Shown in pieces: positions 1 to 13,585 of a stretch of 64,000 nt of DNA (positions within the stretch are counted from its first letter, which is position 1; the number at the start of each line of letters is the position of its first letter). A program made the position numbers and the translations under genes. The DNA is taken from NCBI GenBank assembly GCA_963823665.1, contig CAWGMQ010000006.1, forward strand, positions 768,001-832,000, written 5' to 3'. Source of the stretch: an uncultured Planctomycetota bacterium (lineage in GTDB: Bacteria; Planctomycetota; Planctomycetia; Isosphaerales; Isosphaeraceae). The notes under the pieces were generated by a model. The model saw only the letters and a list, made by a program, of their open reading frames with translations. It did no database searches and was not told where the DNA came from.

Positions 1-2721
<2,721 letters not shown>

Positions 2722-2725
<4 letters not shown>

Positions 2726-4470
2726 GGAGTCTCCCGATCCTGTTCCAGAGACTCCGCATCATACCGGCTCCCGGTCAAGCACCCGATGAAATCTTTGAGT
2801 CCTGCGAAATCCAGCCAGAGACACCGGAACGCGACGTGACCGTCGGGCCGGATGAGATACAGCCCCCGCGGATTGGCCGCCGAAATCCCGTATGCCTCGA
2901 ACACCTGGTTTGACTCCGCCTGCACGATCCGCGCGTCGCGTCCGATGAGCGAGTGCGCGACGATATGCGTCTCGAGCGGGATGCCGATCGTCCGGGGCAA
3001 AGCGGCCATCTCGGCAGCAAGTTTTTCGATCTCATCGCGCGAAAGCGGTCTTCGCGACAGCGCCAGAACGTGCCAGCGATAGCCTTGAATGAGACTGAAG
3101 ACGTCGCAGCTCCGCGCGATCTGCCCGTTCGGGGCGCGGCGTCCCGCGGCTGGCCCCTCACGCCACTCGCCCGCCGCTCCGGAGCTCGATCCGTCCTTGA
3201 CGAACATGCTTTCGTCGTAGCGAATTCCCAGTTGCGAAATAAAATGAAACGCACGCGATCGAACCGTTCCCGACCGCGTGATCACCGCACCGAAGATGGG
3301 CAGCAACATGTTGCGAATCCCGGCGAGCCAACCTGTTTGCGAAGTCATCGTGCTGAATACTCGGTCCGTGAATTCGAGCACCTTCTGGCCGACGGGCCAC
3401 CGTTCCGAATGATATGTATCGAGCAGGCCATCCGGCGCTCCTCCTTTGAGCACCGCGGCGAGCTTCCAGGCCAGGTTCGCCGCATCCTGCAGGCCGGTGT
3501 TCATCCCTTGTCCGCCGGCTGGACTATGGATATGGGCCGCATCTCCGGCAACGAAGACCCTTCCTTCTCTGTATTTGTTCACCCCACGATGATGGATACG
3601 GTACCGCGTTGTCCACACCGCATCGTGCAGCGTCACGTCCGGGCCGCATGCCTCCCGGAAAGCCGTTTGCACCTCCTCGAGTGAGATCGGCTCGGCACTG
3701 GTCGCTTCCGCCTCGCGCGAGCCGGGTGAAGCCGCCGCAGGCTGCTCGCCCATGATCGCGATCACCCGGCACATATCTCTCCCTTTCAAGGGCAGGTAGA
3801 CCGCGAAGTGGTGGCCGCGCAGGAAGAGCTTCATGTGATCATAGTCGAGTGCCCAGTCGAGCTTGCAGTCGGCAAGCAGAAATCCTTGCGGGTACGCGTC
3901 GCCTTGATAAGTAAGCCCGAGTGTCTTGCGCACGATGCTATGCGCACCGTCGGCCCCGATGAGATATCTCGCGCTGAAGCGATGGCTCGCGCCGGCATTA
4001 TCCGTGGCCGTTGCGTCGACGCCATGTTCGTTCTGCGTGAAGCCGGTGACCAGGGCGCCGTGCAGGACCTCGATACCCTGGCGCTTGAGGTCATCGACCA
4101 GGATGGCTTCGATGTCCCACTGAGGCACCATGAGCAAAAACGAGTAAGGCGTATCCGGCCTGCCGATATCATCAAAATTCAGCTCGGCAACCTGTTTGCC
4201 GTCGAGAAAGACCTGTGCCCCGCCCGCAATCAGTCCGCGATTCAAGAACTCTTCCGCAATCCCGATATTCAGGAACAGCTCGAGCGATTTGGCCTGCACG
4301 CCGAACGCGCGCGATTCATGGGCCTGCTGGTCGGTCTTGTCGACAACGCAAACCCGAACGCCGCACCGGGCCAGTAACGTAGCCGCCATCAAACCCGTCG
4401 GTCCCGAGCCCACGATCAAGACGTCGGTATCGTGTGAGTGTGCCGCGTTTGTTGCTTCGGATGCCATCAT
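2722..4470 (-). CDS. FAD-dependent monooxygenase (aromatic hydroxylase, FAD_binding_3 family)
   Basis: DVLIVGSGPTG, LIGADGAHS, GDAAHIHSPAGGQGMNTG and C-terminal LIRPDGHV motifs. Confidence 0.93.
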
Positions 4471-4492
4471 GAAAAATGACTCCAGCCTGGGG

Positions 4493-4873
4493 TTATCGTC
4501 GATCCCCAGTCACCAGGCACGTAGCGAGACGTTTGCGCCAGTAGTCCGGGTCCTCAGCAATCGCAGAAAGCAGCCGGCACGCGATCGGACTCGGCAGACG
4601 AAGCCCCTGTTCCCATGATCTCACGGTGGACGGATCGACGCCAAGGAATGCCGCGAAAGACGCCTGGCTCATCGCAAGAGTCTCGCGCACCCGACGGACC
4701 TCCTTGCCACGGCACTGGGCCGGCGGCGGAATCTTGAAGGTGCGCACGGTGAACTGCGACTCGAGCGGCTTCCCGGCTCGAAGTGTCGCGGCCAGATTCT
4801 TCAATCCATCAACAATTTCCTGGCCCTTGGACGTGACCGGCCCTCGCGCCGAACGGCTTGCCAGTTTGCTCAT
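4493..4873 (-). CDS. XRE/HigA-like helix-turn-helix protein
   Basis: VRRVRETLAMSQASFAAFLGVDPSTVRSWEQG..P HTH. ATG 4873 overlaps the upstream stop (ATGA). Confidence 0.85.
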   Translation of the reverse strand: MSKLASRSARGPVTSKGQEIVDGLKNLAATLRAGKPLESQFTVRTFKIPPPAQCRGKEVRRVRETLAMSQASFAAFLGVDPSTVRSWEQGLRLPSPIACRLLSAIAEDPDYWRKRLATCLVTGDRR

Positions 4874-7112
4874 TTGATCTTTCCCTTCAACTCTTGGCTG
4901 ATTTCCTCCCCACCAGCCCCCGCCTGCACCCTCACCAACCGTCTCGTCAGATAGATCTCTACACAAAGCCCCGCCAGCGCCGCAAGAATCACGAACCGCC
5001 AGACCTCGTGCCGGCTTCCACCTCCGGCGGCGAAGACCCCCAGCTCGGATGCCTTCAAGTCGCTCACGAATTCAAGCGGCCAACCCTCGGCCAGTTTCGC
5101 AGCTTCCTCCGGTTCCAGCGCCGCCGGGTCCGTTTCGCGTTCGTCGCGGTCAACGGCGCCAAACATGAAGCTTCCCGGCGGTGGGCCGGCCAAAGACAGC
5201 CGGTAGATCCCTGATTCGACCGTATCCTCGAATCGAGCCTGAACCAGACCGCGGCTCCGAATCACTTCCGCCTGCGCCTTGGTGCCGCTTGGCGTCTCGA
5301 TCGGCAGGAACTTCACGTCGGGCGCAGGCGCCGCGTCCAGCGGAAAAATCAGCGGCTCCCCCGCGCGCACCAGAAGCGGATCGCCACCTCCTGCCAGGTG
5401 GAACATCCACTCGTGCGCCAGCGGCACAAAATCGGGATTCACCGGCAACGTACCGGCTTCCGCGTCGATCGCCGTCGCGAGCGCCAGGACGCGCCCGCGG
5501 CCCCGGCTTCGCTCAACCAGCCACGGATCGCCCGTATCCAGCCTGCCCAGCACCGCGCTGCCGGCCGTCGGCTCAAGTTTGACAAACGCGAAGAAATCGG
5601 CCTCGCCCAGCGCCGGTGAATCACCCTGGCCCAGCGCCGACATGAGCGGCCCGCTGAATGTCCGCGGAGCGGGGTGTGCGACGACTTTCCCTTCCGAGGC
5701 ACTTCCGGTCACGCTCGTGAGCCGGGCCGGCATCCAGGGAGCAATGTTCCACGACGAAATCTCGGTCCGGTCGCCCGGAGTCACCAGAAGTCCCCCCCCT
5801 GCCCCGACAAAATCTCCAATCGCGGCCGACTGCTCGGGCGAGACCCGATCGAGATTCGCGAGCACCGCCACCTTCATTCCCTCGAGTGATCGAGATCTGA
5901 GCTCCTGGCCGCTCACCACTTTGACCCGGAACTGCGGAGCCTCGTCGCCCGACGGCGCCAGTGCAGCGCGCAGGAAGTCGGTCTCCCCGGAGAACGGCTC
6001 GACCCCCGGCTCACCATTGACCAGCAGAACGGGAATCGCCGGCGCCACCTGGATGGGCACGGCCCGAAGATGACCGGCCTCAAGTGCATGATCACCCGAG
6101 AGTCGAACCGCCAGCACGTGTGAACCCTGCTGGCTGAACGACGTGCGGAAGTGGACCGGAACACGCCCGCCCGCGGGAATCGGCCCGACAATCTCCGGCG
6201 AGGCCGACGCCGGCTGGTCATCCACCAGCAGCTCCGCAGCACCGGAAAACTCACCGGGCCCGGCGTTGCTCACGTCAGCCGTCACGTCCAGTGGCAAGCC
6301 GGGCGCCAGCAGCGAGCGAGAAACGGTCAGTTTCTCAACTGTCGGATTCGAGCTGGTGGCATCATCCGACTTCCCGGGCAAGAACGTGATCGACCAGATT
6401 CGTGGCGGAACGGTCATTCGACCGTGAAGCTGCGCAGCAAACCCCATCGCCCCGTCTCGCCCGGGCGCCAGGGGAAGCGTTGACCATCTGAGAGCACAAT
6501 CACATTGCGTTCGGGGTTTTCGGTTCGCTCGAGGATTCGAAGCGCTTCGGCCAGGGCCGCCGCCAGGTCGCTCGCTCCCCGCGGCGGCTTGACGGCGTCC
6601 AGGAGCTTTTGAACCTTGCCCAGGTCGAATGTGGGCGGGTCGATCAGCCGTTGCACTGCGTCGCCTGCCAGTAGCAGTGCAATCGAATCGCCCGGCCGGC
6701 AGCGGCCGGCGAAAGACCTGGCCCATGCCGACGCACGCTCAAGCGCACTGGAATCACCCAGCTTCCGTTCCATGCTCTCGGAGACATCGAGGATGAGGAC
6801 GATGTCGCGTGGTGGCCCATCCAGCCCAAGACCCGCTCCCGCCCCGGCATCCGCCGTTGCGCTTGCTTTCCGTGACCAGAACGGTCGCGCGAGTGCGAAC
6901 ACAACCAGACCGAGCAACGCCATCCTTGCCGCCATCAGCAAGATCTCGGCCAGCTTGATCCTTCTCCGGGCTCGCCGTCCCGGCTCGAGGAACTGCATCG
7001 CCCCCCAGTCGAGCACCTCTCCGCGCCGTCGGTTCAGGAAGTGGATGATCACCGGCAGGGCCACCCCCATGAGCCCCACCAGAACCGCAGCGTTCAGGAT
7101 GCCCCAGCTCAT
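4870..7112 (-). CDS. BatA-domain / vWA membrane protein; frameshift near 6432
   Basis: N-terminal BatA motif (LPVIIHFLNRRR..LDWGAMQFL) and vWA DVSESM/LSDGQ in ORF 6414..7112. It continues in ORF 4870..6726 (LHGRMTVPPRIW... to a C-terminal TM EVWRFVILAALAGLCVE). Confidence 0.85.
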
Positions 7113-8020
7113 CGCGAGAGCCCCCCGCGCCGCGATCGTCGCGAGAGGTAGTCGAGCAGGATCTTCTCGACCTCGTCTCCTGTCGAGGCCTTGTGATAGT
7201 CGGCTCCGATCGCGTGCACCTGCTCCTTCAGCTCCCGGCAGAAGCGGCCGAAGCGTTCGAGGTAGGCGGCACGGAGCGCGATCGGGTCAACTCGCAGCAG
7301 TTGGCCGGGCCGCTCCAGATCGCGAAGCTGTATCGGGCTGCGGAACGGGAACTCCTCCTCTTCTGGCGCCAGAATATGGAAGAAGAGCACTTCGTGATGG
7401 CGGTGCCGCAGGTGGCGCAGCGCCGTGATCAGATCATCCAGTACGTCGAAGCCGTCCGAGAGAATGATCACCAGCCCTCGCCGCTTGATCCGTTCGGCGA
7501 TCGTATGCACGATCCGGCTGAGCCCGATGTCGCCGCCGGTGTTGGTCGCTTCGAGGCCCTGGCAGATGACGGAGAAATGGGAGGGTGCCGACCGCGGAGG
7601 AATCATCGATCGCACCCGGGTGTCGAACGTCGCCAGCCCCACGGCATCGCGCTGGCCGATCATCAGATACGCGAGCGACGCGGCGATCCGCCGGGCATGT
7701 TCGAGCTTCGAGATCGTCCGGCCCGCGTAGCCCATGCTTCCCGACGAATCGACGACAATCATCGCCTTGAGGTTCGTCTCTTCCTCGTATTCTTTGACGT
7801 AATACCGGTCGGTCTTGCCGAACGCTCGCCAGTCGATATGCCGGATTTCATCCCCGGGCCCATATTGCCGGTGCTCGGCAAACTCGACTGAAAACCCTTT
7901 GAACGGGCTTTTGTGCAGCCCTGCGATCACCCCTTCGACCACCAGCCGCGCCAGCAGCTCCAGCCGCCCGAACCGAGCCAGAGTCGTGGGATCAATCCGT
8001 TCCGAATGAGCCTCCGCCAA
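7109..8020 (-). CDS. DUF58 family protein (vWA-like, MoxR-associated)
   Basis: GLHKSPFKGFSVEFAEHRQYGPGDEIRHIDW...YVKEYEEETN motif. The likely start is TTG 8020 after a purine-rich RBS; the ORF-track start at 8071 lies in a heptamer repeat. Confidence 0.92.
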   Translation of the reverse strand: MAEAHSERIDPTTLARFGRLELLARLVVEGVIAGLHKSPFKGFSVEFAEHRQYGPGDEIRHIDWRAFGKTDRYYVKEYEEETNLKAMIVVDSSGSMGYAGRTISKLEHARRIAASLAYLMIGQRDAVGLATFDTRVRSMIPPRSAPSHFSVICQGLEATNTGGDIGLSRIVHTIAERIKRRGLVIILSDGFDVLDDLITALRHLRHRHHEVLFFHILAPEEEEFPFRSPIQLRDLERPGQLLRVDPIALRAAYLERFGRFCRELKEQVHAIGADYHKASTGDEVEKILLDYLSRRSRRGGLSR

Positions 8021-8052
8021 AGCCGGCCCCTTCCCGCTGCGAAAGATCCCAG

Positions 8053-8090
8053 TCCGAAATCCGAAATCCAAATTCCAAAATCTAAAATCG
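8053..8090. repeat. Heptamer tandem repeat (TCCGAAA/TCCAAAT/TCCAAAA/TCTAAAA), about 5 copies
   Basis: tccgaaa tccgaaa tccaaat tccaaaa tctaaaa between the MoxR and DUF58 genes. Confidence 0.75.
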
Positions 8091-9122
8091 ACTGCCCGCC
8101 CGCTCGCTCTCGGCGGGAACTTCCTCCATCAGCTTGGCGATGATCTGCTCGGGGCCAATGCCTTCGGCTTCAGCGTGAAACGTGGTGACGATGCGGTGCC
8201 GCAGGACCGGCCTGGCAACCTCGCGAATGTCGGCGATGCCCGCATGAAGCCGCCCCTGGAGGACCGCCCGGGTCTTGGCGGCCAGGATCAGCGATTGACC
8301 GGCCCGGGGACCAGCCCCCCACGAGACGCACTTTTGAACCATCTCGCCGGCGCCGGGCTCCTGCGGCCGGCTGGCGCGCACCAGGTCGCGAGCGTATTGA
8401 AACACATGGTCCGGCACCGGAACTCGCCGCACCAATCGCTGAATCGCCACGATCTGCTCGGCCGAGAGCGCCACGGTCGTCTCGGGTGCCAGGTCGCCGG
8501 TCGTTCGCTTGAGAATCTCCAGCTCTTCGTCGCTGGTGGGGTATTTCACCAGGATATTGAGCATGAATCGATCGAGCTGGGCCTCGGGCAGCGGATACGT
8601 CCCTTCCTGTTCGATCGGGTTCTGGGTCGCCAGCACGAAGAATGGGTCGGGCAACGGGTACGTCACGCCGCCGGCGCTGACGTGCCGCTCTTGCATCGCC
8701 TCGAGCAGCGCGGCCTGCGTCTTGGGTGGCGTCCGGTTGATCTCGTCCGCCAGAATCATGTTGGCGAAGATCGGCCCGGCGATGAACGTGAACCGCCGGC
8801 GGCCGGTTTCAGGGTCATCCTGAAGGATATCGGTGCCCGTGATGTCGGAGGGCATCATATCGGGAGTGAACTGAATGCGGCGGAAGCTGAGGCTCGAGAT
8901 CCTGGCAATCGTGCTGACCAGCAGCGTCTTGGCCAGCCCCGGCACACCCACAAGCAGCACGTGGCCGCGGGCAAAGAGCCCGATCAAAAGCTCTTCGACC
9001 ACGAGATCCTGGCCGATGATCACCCTGCCGATCTCGGCTCGGACCTTCTGATACGCCTCGGTCAGCTCGTGCGCGGCCTGGAGGTCATCGCGGCTCCCCT
9101 CCGATCTCTCTCCCGTGGGCAT
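8082..9122 (-). CDS. MoxR family AAA+ ATPase
   Basis: Walker A GVPGLAKT, RIQFTPDMMPSD, Walker B LADEINR, ATQNPIEQEGTYPLPEAQLDRF. Likely start ATG 9122; the upstream extension is the antisense of the thioesterase gene. Confidence 0.96.
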   Translation of the reverse strand: MPTGERSEGSRDDLQAAHELTEAYQKVRAEIGRVIIGQDLVVEELLIGLFARGHVLLVGVPGLAKTLLVSTIARISSLSFRRIQFTPDMMPSDITGTDILQDDPETGRRRFTFIAGPIFANMILADEINRTPPKTQAALLEAMQERHVSAGGVTYPLPDPFFVLATQNPIEQEGTYPLPEAQLDRFMLNILVKYPTSDEELEILKRTTGDLAPETTVALSAEQIVAIQRLVRRVPVPDHVFQYARDLVRASRPQEPGAGEMVQKCVSWGAGPRAGQSLILAAKTRAVLQGRLHAGIADIREVARPVLRHRIVTTFHAEAEGIGPEQIIAKLMEEVPAESERAGSRF

Positions 9123-9338
9123 GCAGACTCCCCGTTTTCCTTGCAAGCGAATCCCATGGCGTGGCCCGTGCTCCAGGCTCATCCGTCCATTTGCGCATGT
9201 CAAGTCCGCGGATGCAAGCATGCCGGCACCCGATGCGCCCTCCCCGAACGCGATCAAGCCGTCTAGAATGAGACAGCTTGGGCTGTCGCTTTGGATCCCT
9301 CCTCTATCTGGAACAGCCGCTCCCGGCTGTCCGATCGC

Positions 9339-9791
9339 GTGCAAACAGAATCCAGCCACGAATTGCTTGCAAAGTACCCCGTCGCGATCAAGGTCCCGGT
9401 CCAGTGGGGAGATCAGGACGCTTTCGGTCATGTCAACAACACGGTGCCTCACCGCTGGTTCGAGTCGGTGCGGATCGAACTGTTCGGACGAATCGGCCTC
9501 CTCGAGTCGCTCAAGGAACGCCGGATCGGCCCGATCCTGGCCGCCGTCTCGTGCAACTACCGCCGCCAGATCAATTTCCCCGATATCGTGCACGTGGGCA
9601 TCCGCGTGGCGCGAATCGGCCGGACCAGCATCGGTTTCGAGCACGTGATCGTGTCCGAGACGCAGCAAGCCGTCGTCGCCGACGGAACCTCGACCACGGT
9701 CGTGTTCGACTACCACGCCGGCAAGCCTCACCCGGTGCCCGAATCCGTTCGCCGCGCCATCGAGTTGCTCGAGGGCCGCACATTCGAATGA
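9339..9791 (+). CDS. Acyl-CoA thioesterase (4HBT/YbgC hotdog fold)
   Basis: VQWGDQDAFGHVNN motif; start probably GTG 9339. Confidence 0.9.
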   Translation: MQTESSHELLAKYPVAIKVPVQWGDQDAFGHVNNTVPHRWFESVRIELFGRIGLLESLKERRIGPILAAVSCNYRRQINFPDIVHVGIRVARIGRTSIGFEHVIVSETQQAVVADGTSTTVVFDYHAGKPHPVPESVRRAIELLEGRTFE

Positions 9792-9798
9792 TAAAACG

Positions 9799-10593
9799 AT
9801 GCTTCGAATCCCGATCGACGACCTCGACGACCCCCGGCTCGCCATCTACCGATCGCTCAAGACGACGAATCTCACCCGTAGCCTCGATCAGTTCGTCGTC
9901 GAGGGCGAGAAGCTCGTCGCCCGGCTGCTCGAGAGCCGGTTTCCGCTCGTCTCGATCCTGGTGACCGATCGGCACCTGCCAGCGCTGGGAGTCGATCCGC
10001 CCGAAGAAGTTCCGGTCTTCATCCTCCCTCACGAGCGAATCGATCGACTCGTCGGCTTCCCGTTTCACCGTGGTGTTCTCGCCTGCGCCGCCCGGCGGCC
10101 TCAGCCGCCGATCGAGGAAATCATCGCCTCGCACCCCGCGCCGGTTTTCCTGGTCGTGTGCCCCAAGCTCAGCGATCCCGAAAACCTGGGTGCCATCGCA
10201 CGCATCAGCGACGTCTTCGACGTCGCCGCGATCATGACCGGCCCGGAATGCCCCGACCCCTTCTCGCGCAGAGTCCTTCGCGTCTCGATGGGTTCGATCC
10301 TGCGCGTACCGATCGTCGTCTCGAACCCGCTCGCCGATGTGGTAGACCGCCTGGTCGATACATCAAGCCTGCGCTTATTTGCCGCCGTGGCCGATCCGTC
10401 GGCCATCCCTTTCGAACAGGTCGCGCTCCCCGCTCGCTCGGCCCTGGTCCTGGGCGACGAGGACCAAGGAATCGATCCAGAATGGCTCGCGCGATGCCAC
10501 GAGCGAATCACGATCCCCATGCGAAAGGGAGCTCGCTCGCTCAACGTGGCCGTTGCTGCAGGTATCTTGATCCACGGCCTCTCGAGGCGCTGA
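9799..10593 (+). CDS. TrmH/SpoU family RNA methyltransferase
   Basis: DPENLGAIAR, LVLGDEDQGI and ITIPM...SLNVAVAAGI SPOUT motifs. Confidence 0.93.
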   Translation: MLRIPIDDLDDPRLAIYRSLKTTNLTRSLDQFVVEGEKLVARLLESRFPLVSILVTDRHLPALGVDPPEEVPVFILPHERIDRLVGFPFHRGVLACAARRPQPPIEEIIASHPAPVFLVVCPKLSDPENLGAIARISDVFDVAAIMTGPECPDPFSRRVLRVSMGSILRVPIVVSNPLADVVDRLVDTSSLRLFAAVADPSAIPFEQVALPARSALVLGDEDQGIDPEWLARCHERITIPMRKGARSLNVAVAAGILIHGLSRR

Positions 10594-10637
10594 TCGCCAG
10601 CGTCGAACCCGGGCCAAAACTGGGATGTTGAAAGCTT

Positions 10638-10667
10638 CCCCCCTTAAAAAGGGGGGGCCGGGGGGGG
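10638..10667. repeat. GC-rich palindromic REP-like element (CCCCCCTT-AAA-AAGGGGGG followed by CCGGGGGGGG) between convergent genes
   Basis: Hairpin visible in the sequence; a degenerate inverted counterpart lies near 10796-10813. Confidence 0.55.
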
Positions 10668-10790
10668 TGCATCCCGGCGGCCACGCTCACAAAGCCGTCG
10701 CGCAACAGACAACGCCGAACCGTTCACGGCGAAATTCGTCAATAAGGCCGAGTTTTCACCAGCGAAGGTGCGCTGTGCGCCTCTTCCGGC

Positions 10791-11447
10791 TCAATCCCCC
10801 ACAGTCCCCCCCTCGAGCCCATCAAGATGGTCGCCCTTCTGCTCCAGCCGCTTCCGGATCAACTGCATCTTGAGCTCCACGCAGCGCACCGTGCGCCCGA
10901 TCGAGCAAGCGATCTCGGCGTTCGTGAAACCATCGAGCTTCCACAGCACGATTTGCCGCAGCTCCGGCGTCAGGCCTTGCAACAGCCGGTCGATCTCTTC
11001 GAGCACGATGACTTTCTCTTCGTGGCTGGGCTTGCTGCCGTCGACGTGCTCGAGCATCCACTGGGGAAACTTCGATTCACCACCCACGCCTCGGTCACGC
11101 CCCGCCACCGCCTCGCGGCGCACGTCCCGTATCGCCGCCATGTGCCGGTGTGCCGTGTTCACCACCTTGCACATCGTGATTCGCACCAGCAGCTTCCAGA
11201 GCTCCTCGCGACTGGCCGGGGGTGTCTTCCCCTCGAACTGCCCCATGCAGAAGCTCGAATACATGCTCTGCAAGATGTCGTTCTCGTCTTCCCGCCGCCG
11301 GATCCGATTGTCCAGGTGGCGGCGCACAAGGTTCTGAAGCCGCGACGAGAATCGCTCCCAGATCACGCGGGCCGCTTCATCCCGCTGGCGACAGTCCGGC
11401 GAGCGCAGATCCTGTATGCATAGCGTGAGAGAGCCAATGGAGCTCAT
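10791..11447 (-). CDS. ECF-type sigma-70 factor (planctomycete Sigma70_ECF-like)
   Basis: AARVIWERF..RL..LVRRHL...DILQSMYSSF, ELWKLLVRITMCK, and region 4 LRQIVLWKLDGFTNAEIA.SIGRTVRCVE. Confidence 0.9.
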   Translation of the reverse strand: MSSIGSLTLCIQDLRSPDCRQRDEAARVIWERFSSRLQNLVRRHLDNRIRRREDENDILQSMYSSFCMGQFEGKTPPASREELWKLLVRITMCKVVNTAHRHMAAIRDVRREAVAGRDRGVGGESKFPQWMLEHVDGSKPSHEEKVIVLEEIDRLLQGLTPELRQIVLWKLDGFTNAEIACSIGRTVRCVELKMQLIRKRLEQKGDHLDGLEGGTVGD

Positions 11448-11898
11448 GACCGCTCCTCCGAATTCGGACTAAAGAATCCACCGTCAAAGACCGTAACGAG
11501 CCGCCCTTTCTTGCACTCCGTTATCCTAATCAACAAAAGCCCCTGCTGCACCGAAGAACCCCGCCCACATCCAAAAATCGATGCGTTAAGATGGCACGCG
11601 GCCACGCAGCCGTGCATGCTTTATCGCAATTCTGAAGACCATCCGCAGAATGCCGGCGGTTGGAGCGGTCGGGCTACGACTTCCTTCGGGATTGTGCTTC
11701 CGTTCGTTGATGTTCAGATGGGCGCACCTCGCCGAGGGGCGGCTTTCAACGTACCCGGGCAGCCGTCGTCCGCAAGCGGTTGGGCGGTTCCGGAAAAGTC
11801 ACTCGCGTATTGGAGTTTTGATTTTGATAGAATCTTTGGTGGGCAGAGCGCTGGAAGCGGTACCACTCCGTGGAGGCGCGGAGAGAGCTCACGACCAA

Positions 11899-13562
11899 AT
11901 GGCGACTCCAGAAAGCATGACTCCGACACTCCAGGTGATGAACGGAACGACGACGGGGCGTCTCTACCAGCTCGATAAAGAGATCACCATCGTCGGCCGC
12001 AATCCTGACTGCGACATTGTCTTGGCGCCCAAGTCCGTGTCGCGAAAGCATGCGGTGATCGTGCGCAAGCTAGCCGGCTACGAGTTGAAGGATCTCGGCA
12101 GCACTCGCGGAACTTACGTCGACGGTCAGAAAGTCTCGCAGCCGGTCTTTTTGAGGGATGGCAACGCGATCCAGATGGGCGAGGTGCTGCTGAACTTCTC
12201 CAGCCGTCTGGTTCAGATCGAAGAAGGTGACGAGCAGTCGACGGTCTTCGCGGCGATCGACGTTCTCAACCAGAGCGACAAGAATTTCCCGATGGTCAAG
12301 CCCGAGGCCAAGTTTCGGGCCTTGAGGCTGATCGGGCAGGAGCTAGGGGGCACGCTGGTCCTCACCGAGGTCCTGGAACGGATTTTCAACTCGCTCTTCG
12401 AGATATTCCCCCGCGCCGAGCGCGGGTTCGTGCTCTTGAAGGACGAAGCCTCGGGCGCCTTGCTGCCGCAGATCATCCGGTCGCGAACCGGGCCCGCCGG
12501 TGACTTGAAGATCAGCAAGACGGTGCTCAACCGCGTCATGAACGCCGGCCAGGCGATCCTGAGCAAGGATCTCGCCGAGGAGTTTCCCGACAGCGCCAGC
12601 GTCTCCGACAGCAAGATCCGCTCTCTGATGTGCGTGCCGCTCTTCGACGAAGACCGGAAGGCCGTTGGCATCATGCAGATCGACACGCGAGACGGCCGCG
12701 GGCGGTTCGAGCAGGACGACCTCGATCTCATGGCGGCGGTCGCCAGCCAGATCAGTGTCGCGGTCCAGAACGCCGCAGCTTCACAAGGCCCTGGTGCGCG
12801 CAGCGTGAGATGGAGCAGGAGCTCCAGTTCGCTCGCCAGGTGATGCAGTCCCTGCTTCCCGACCGCCCGGCTTCCGTTCCAGGCTACGAATTCTGGGCGT
12901 ATTACGAGCCGGCCCGGCACGTCGGAGGCGACTATTACGGTTTCATCCCGATGCCGGCCTCAAGCGGCGATGATGAGGCAAGTGCAAGCCGGTGGGCGAT
13001 CGCCGTCGGCGACGTCGTCGGCAAGGGAATGCCTGCCGCGCTCCTGACCGCCAAGCTCTCCGCCGAGGTGCGCATGAGTCTGCGCGGCAACCTCGACCCC
13101 AACCGGGTCGTCGCGCAGCTCAATCGTCCGTTCGACGGCGGCGTACTCGATATGTACATCACGTTCCTGCTCGCGATACTCGACGTTCAGAAACACCGTC
13201 TCACCGTCGTCAACGCCGGTCACCCGTGCCCTCTGATCATCCGCCGCGACGGCCGCCTGGAAGAGTTCGGCCGCAAAGCGTCGGGATTGCCCCTGGGAAT
13301 CCTGCCCGACTATGCCTACGAATCCGCCGAGACCGTGATCGAGCCCGGAGAAACCGTCGTCCTCTACACGGACGGTGTCACCGACGCGATGGACGCAAAC
13401 GGCGAGCGCGTCGGCGACGACGCCGTACGAGCCGCGCTTTTGAAAGCTCGCCCGGGGGCAGCGGCCGTTGGCGAAGACGTCGTGCAACTGATCCAGCGTC
13501 ACGTCGCCGACCGCCCCCAATTTGACGACATCACCCTCGTCTGCCTCTCCCGCAAGGCGTGA
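11899..13562 (+). CDS. FHA-GAF-SpoIIE (PP2C-type) Ser/Thr phosphatase; two 1-nt insertions near 12775 and 12799
   Basis: FHA (VGRNPDCDI..SRKHA..DLGSTRGT), GAF (SLMCVPL..GIMQID) and PP2C (VGGDYY, GDVVGKG, LYTDGVTDA, DDIT). Removing two bases gives ..VQNAQLHKALV.QREMEQELQFAR. Confidence 0.9.
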
Positions 13563-13585
13563 GTGAGTTGTGGTACCGTAAATAG

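Noticed and set aside
9123..9845. 241-aa N-terminal extension of the MoxR ORF
   Set aside because: It overlaps the real thioesterase gene on the plus strand and the divergent promoter region.
11592..11607. Sigma-54 promoter (TGGCACG...)
   Set aside because: The -12 GC is displaced by one base and the TT is missing.
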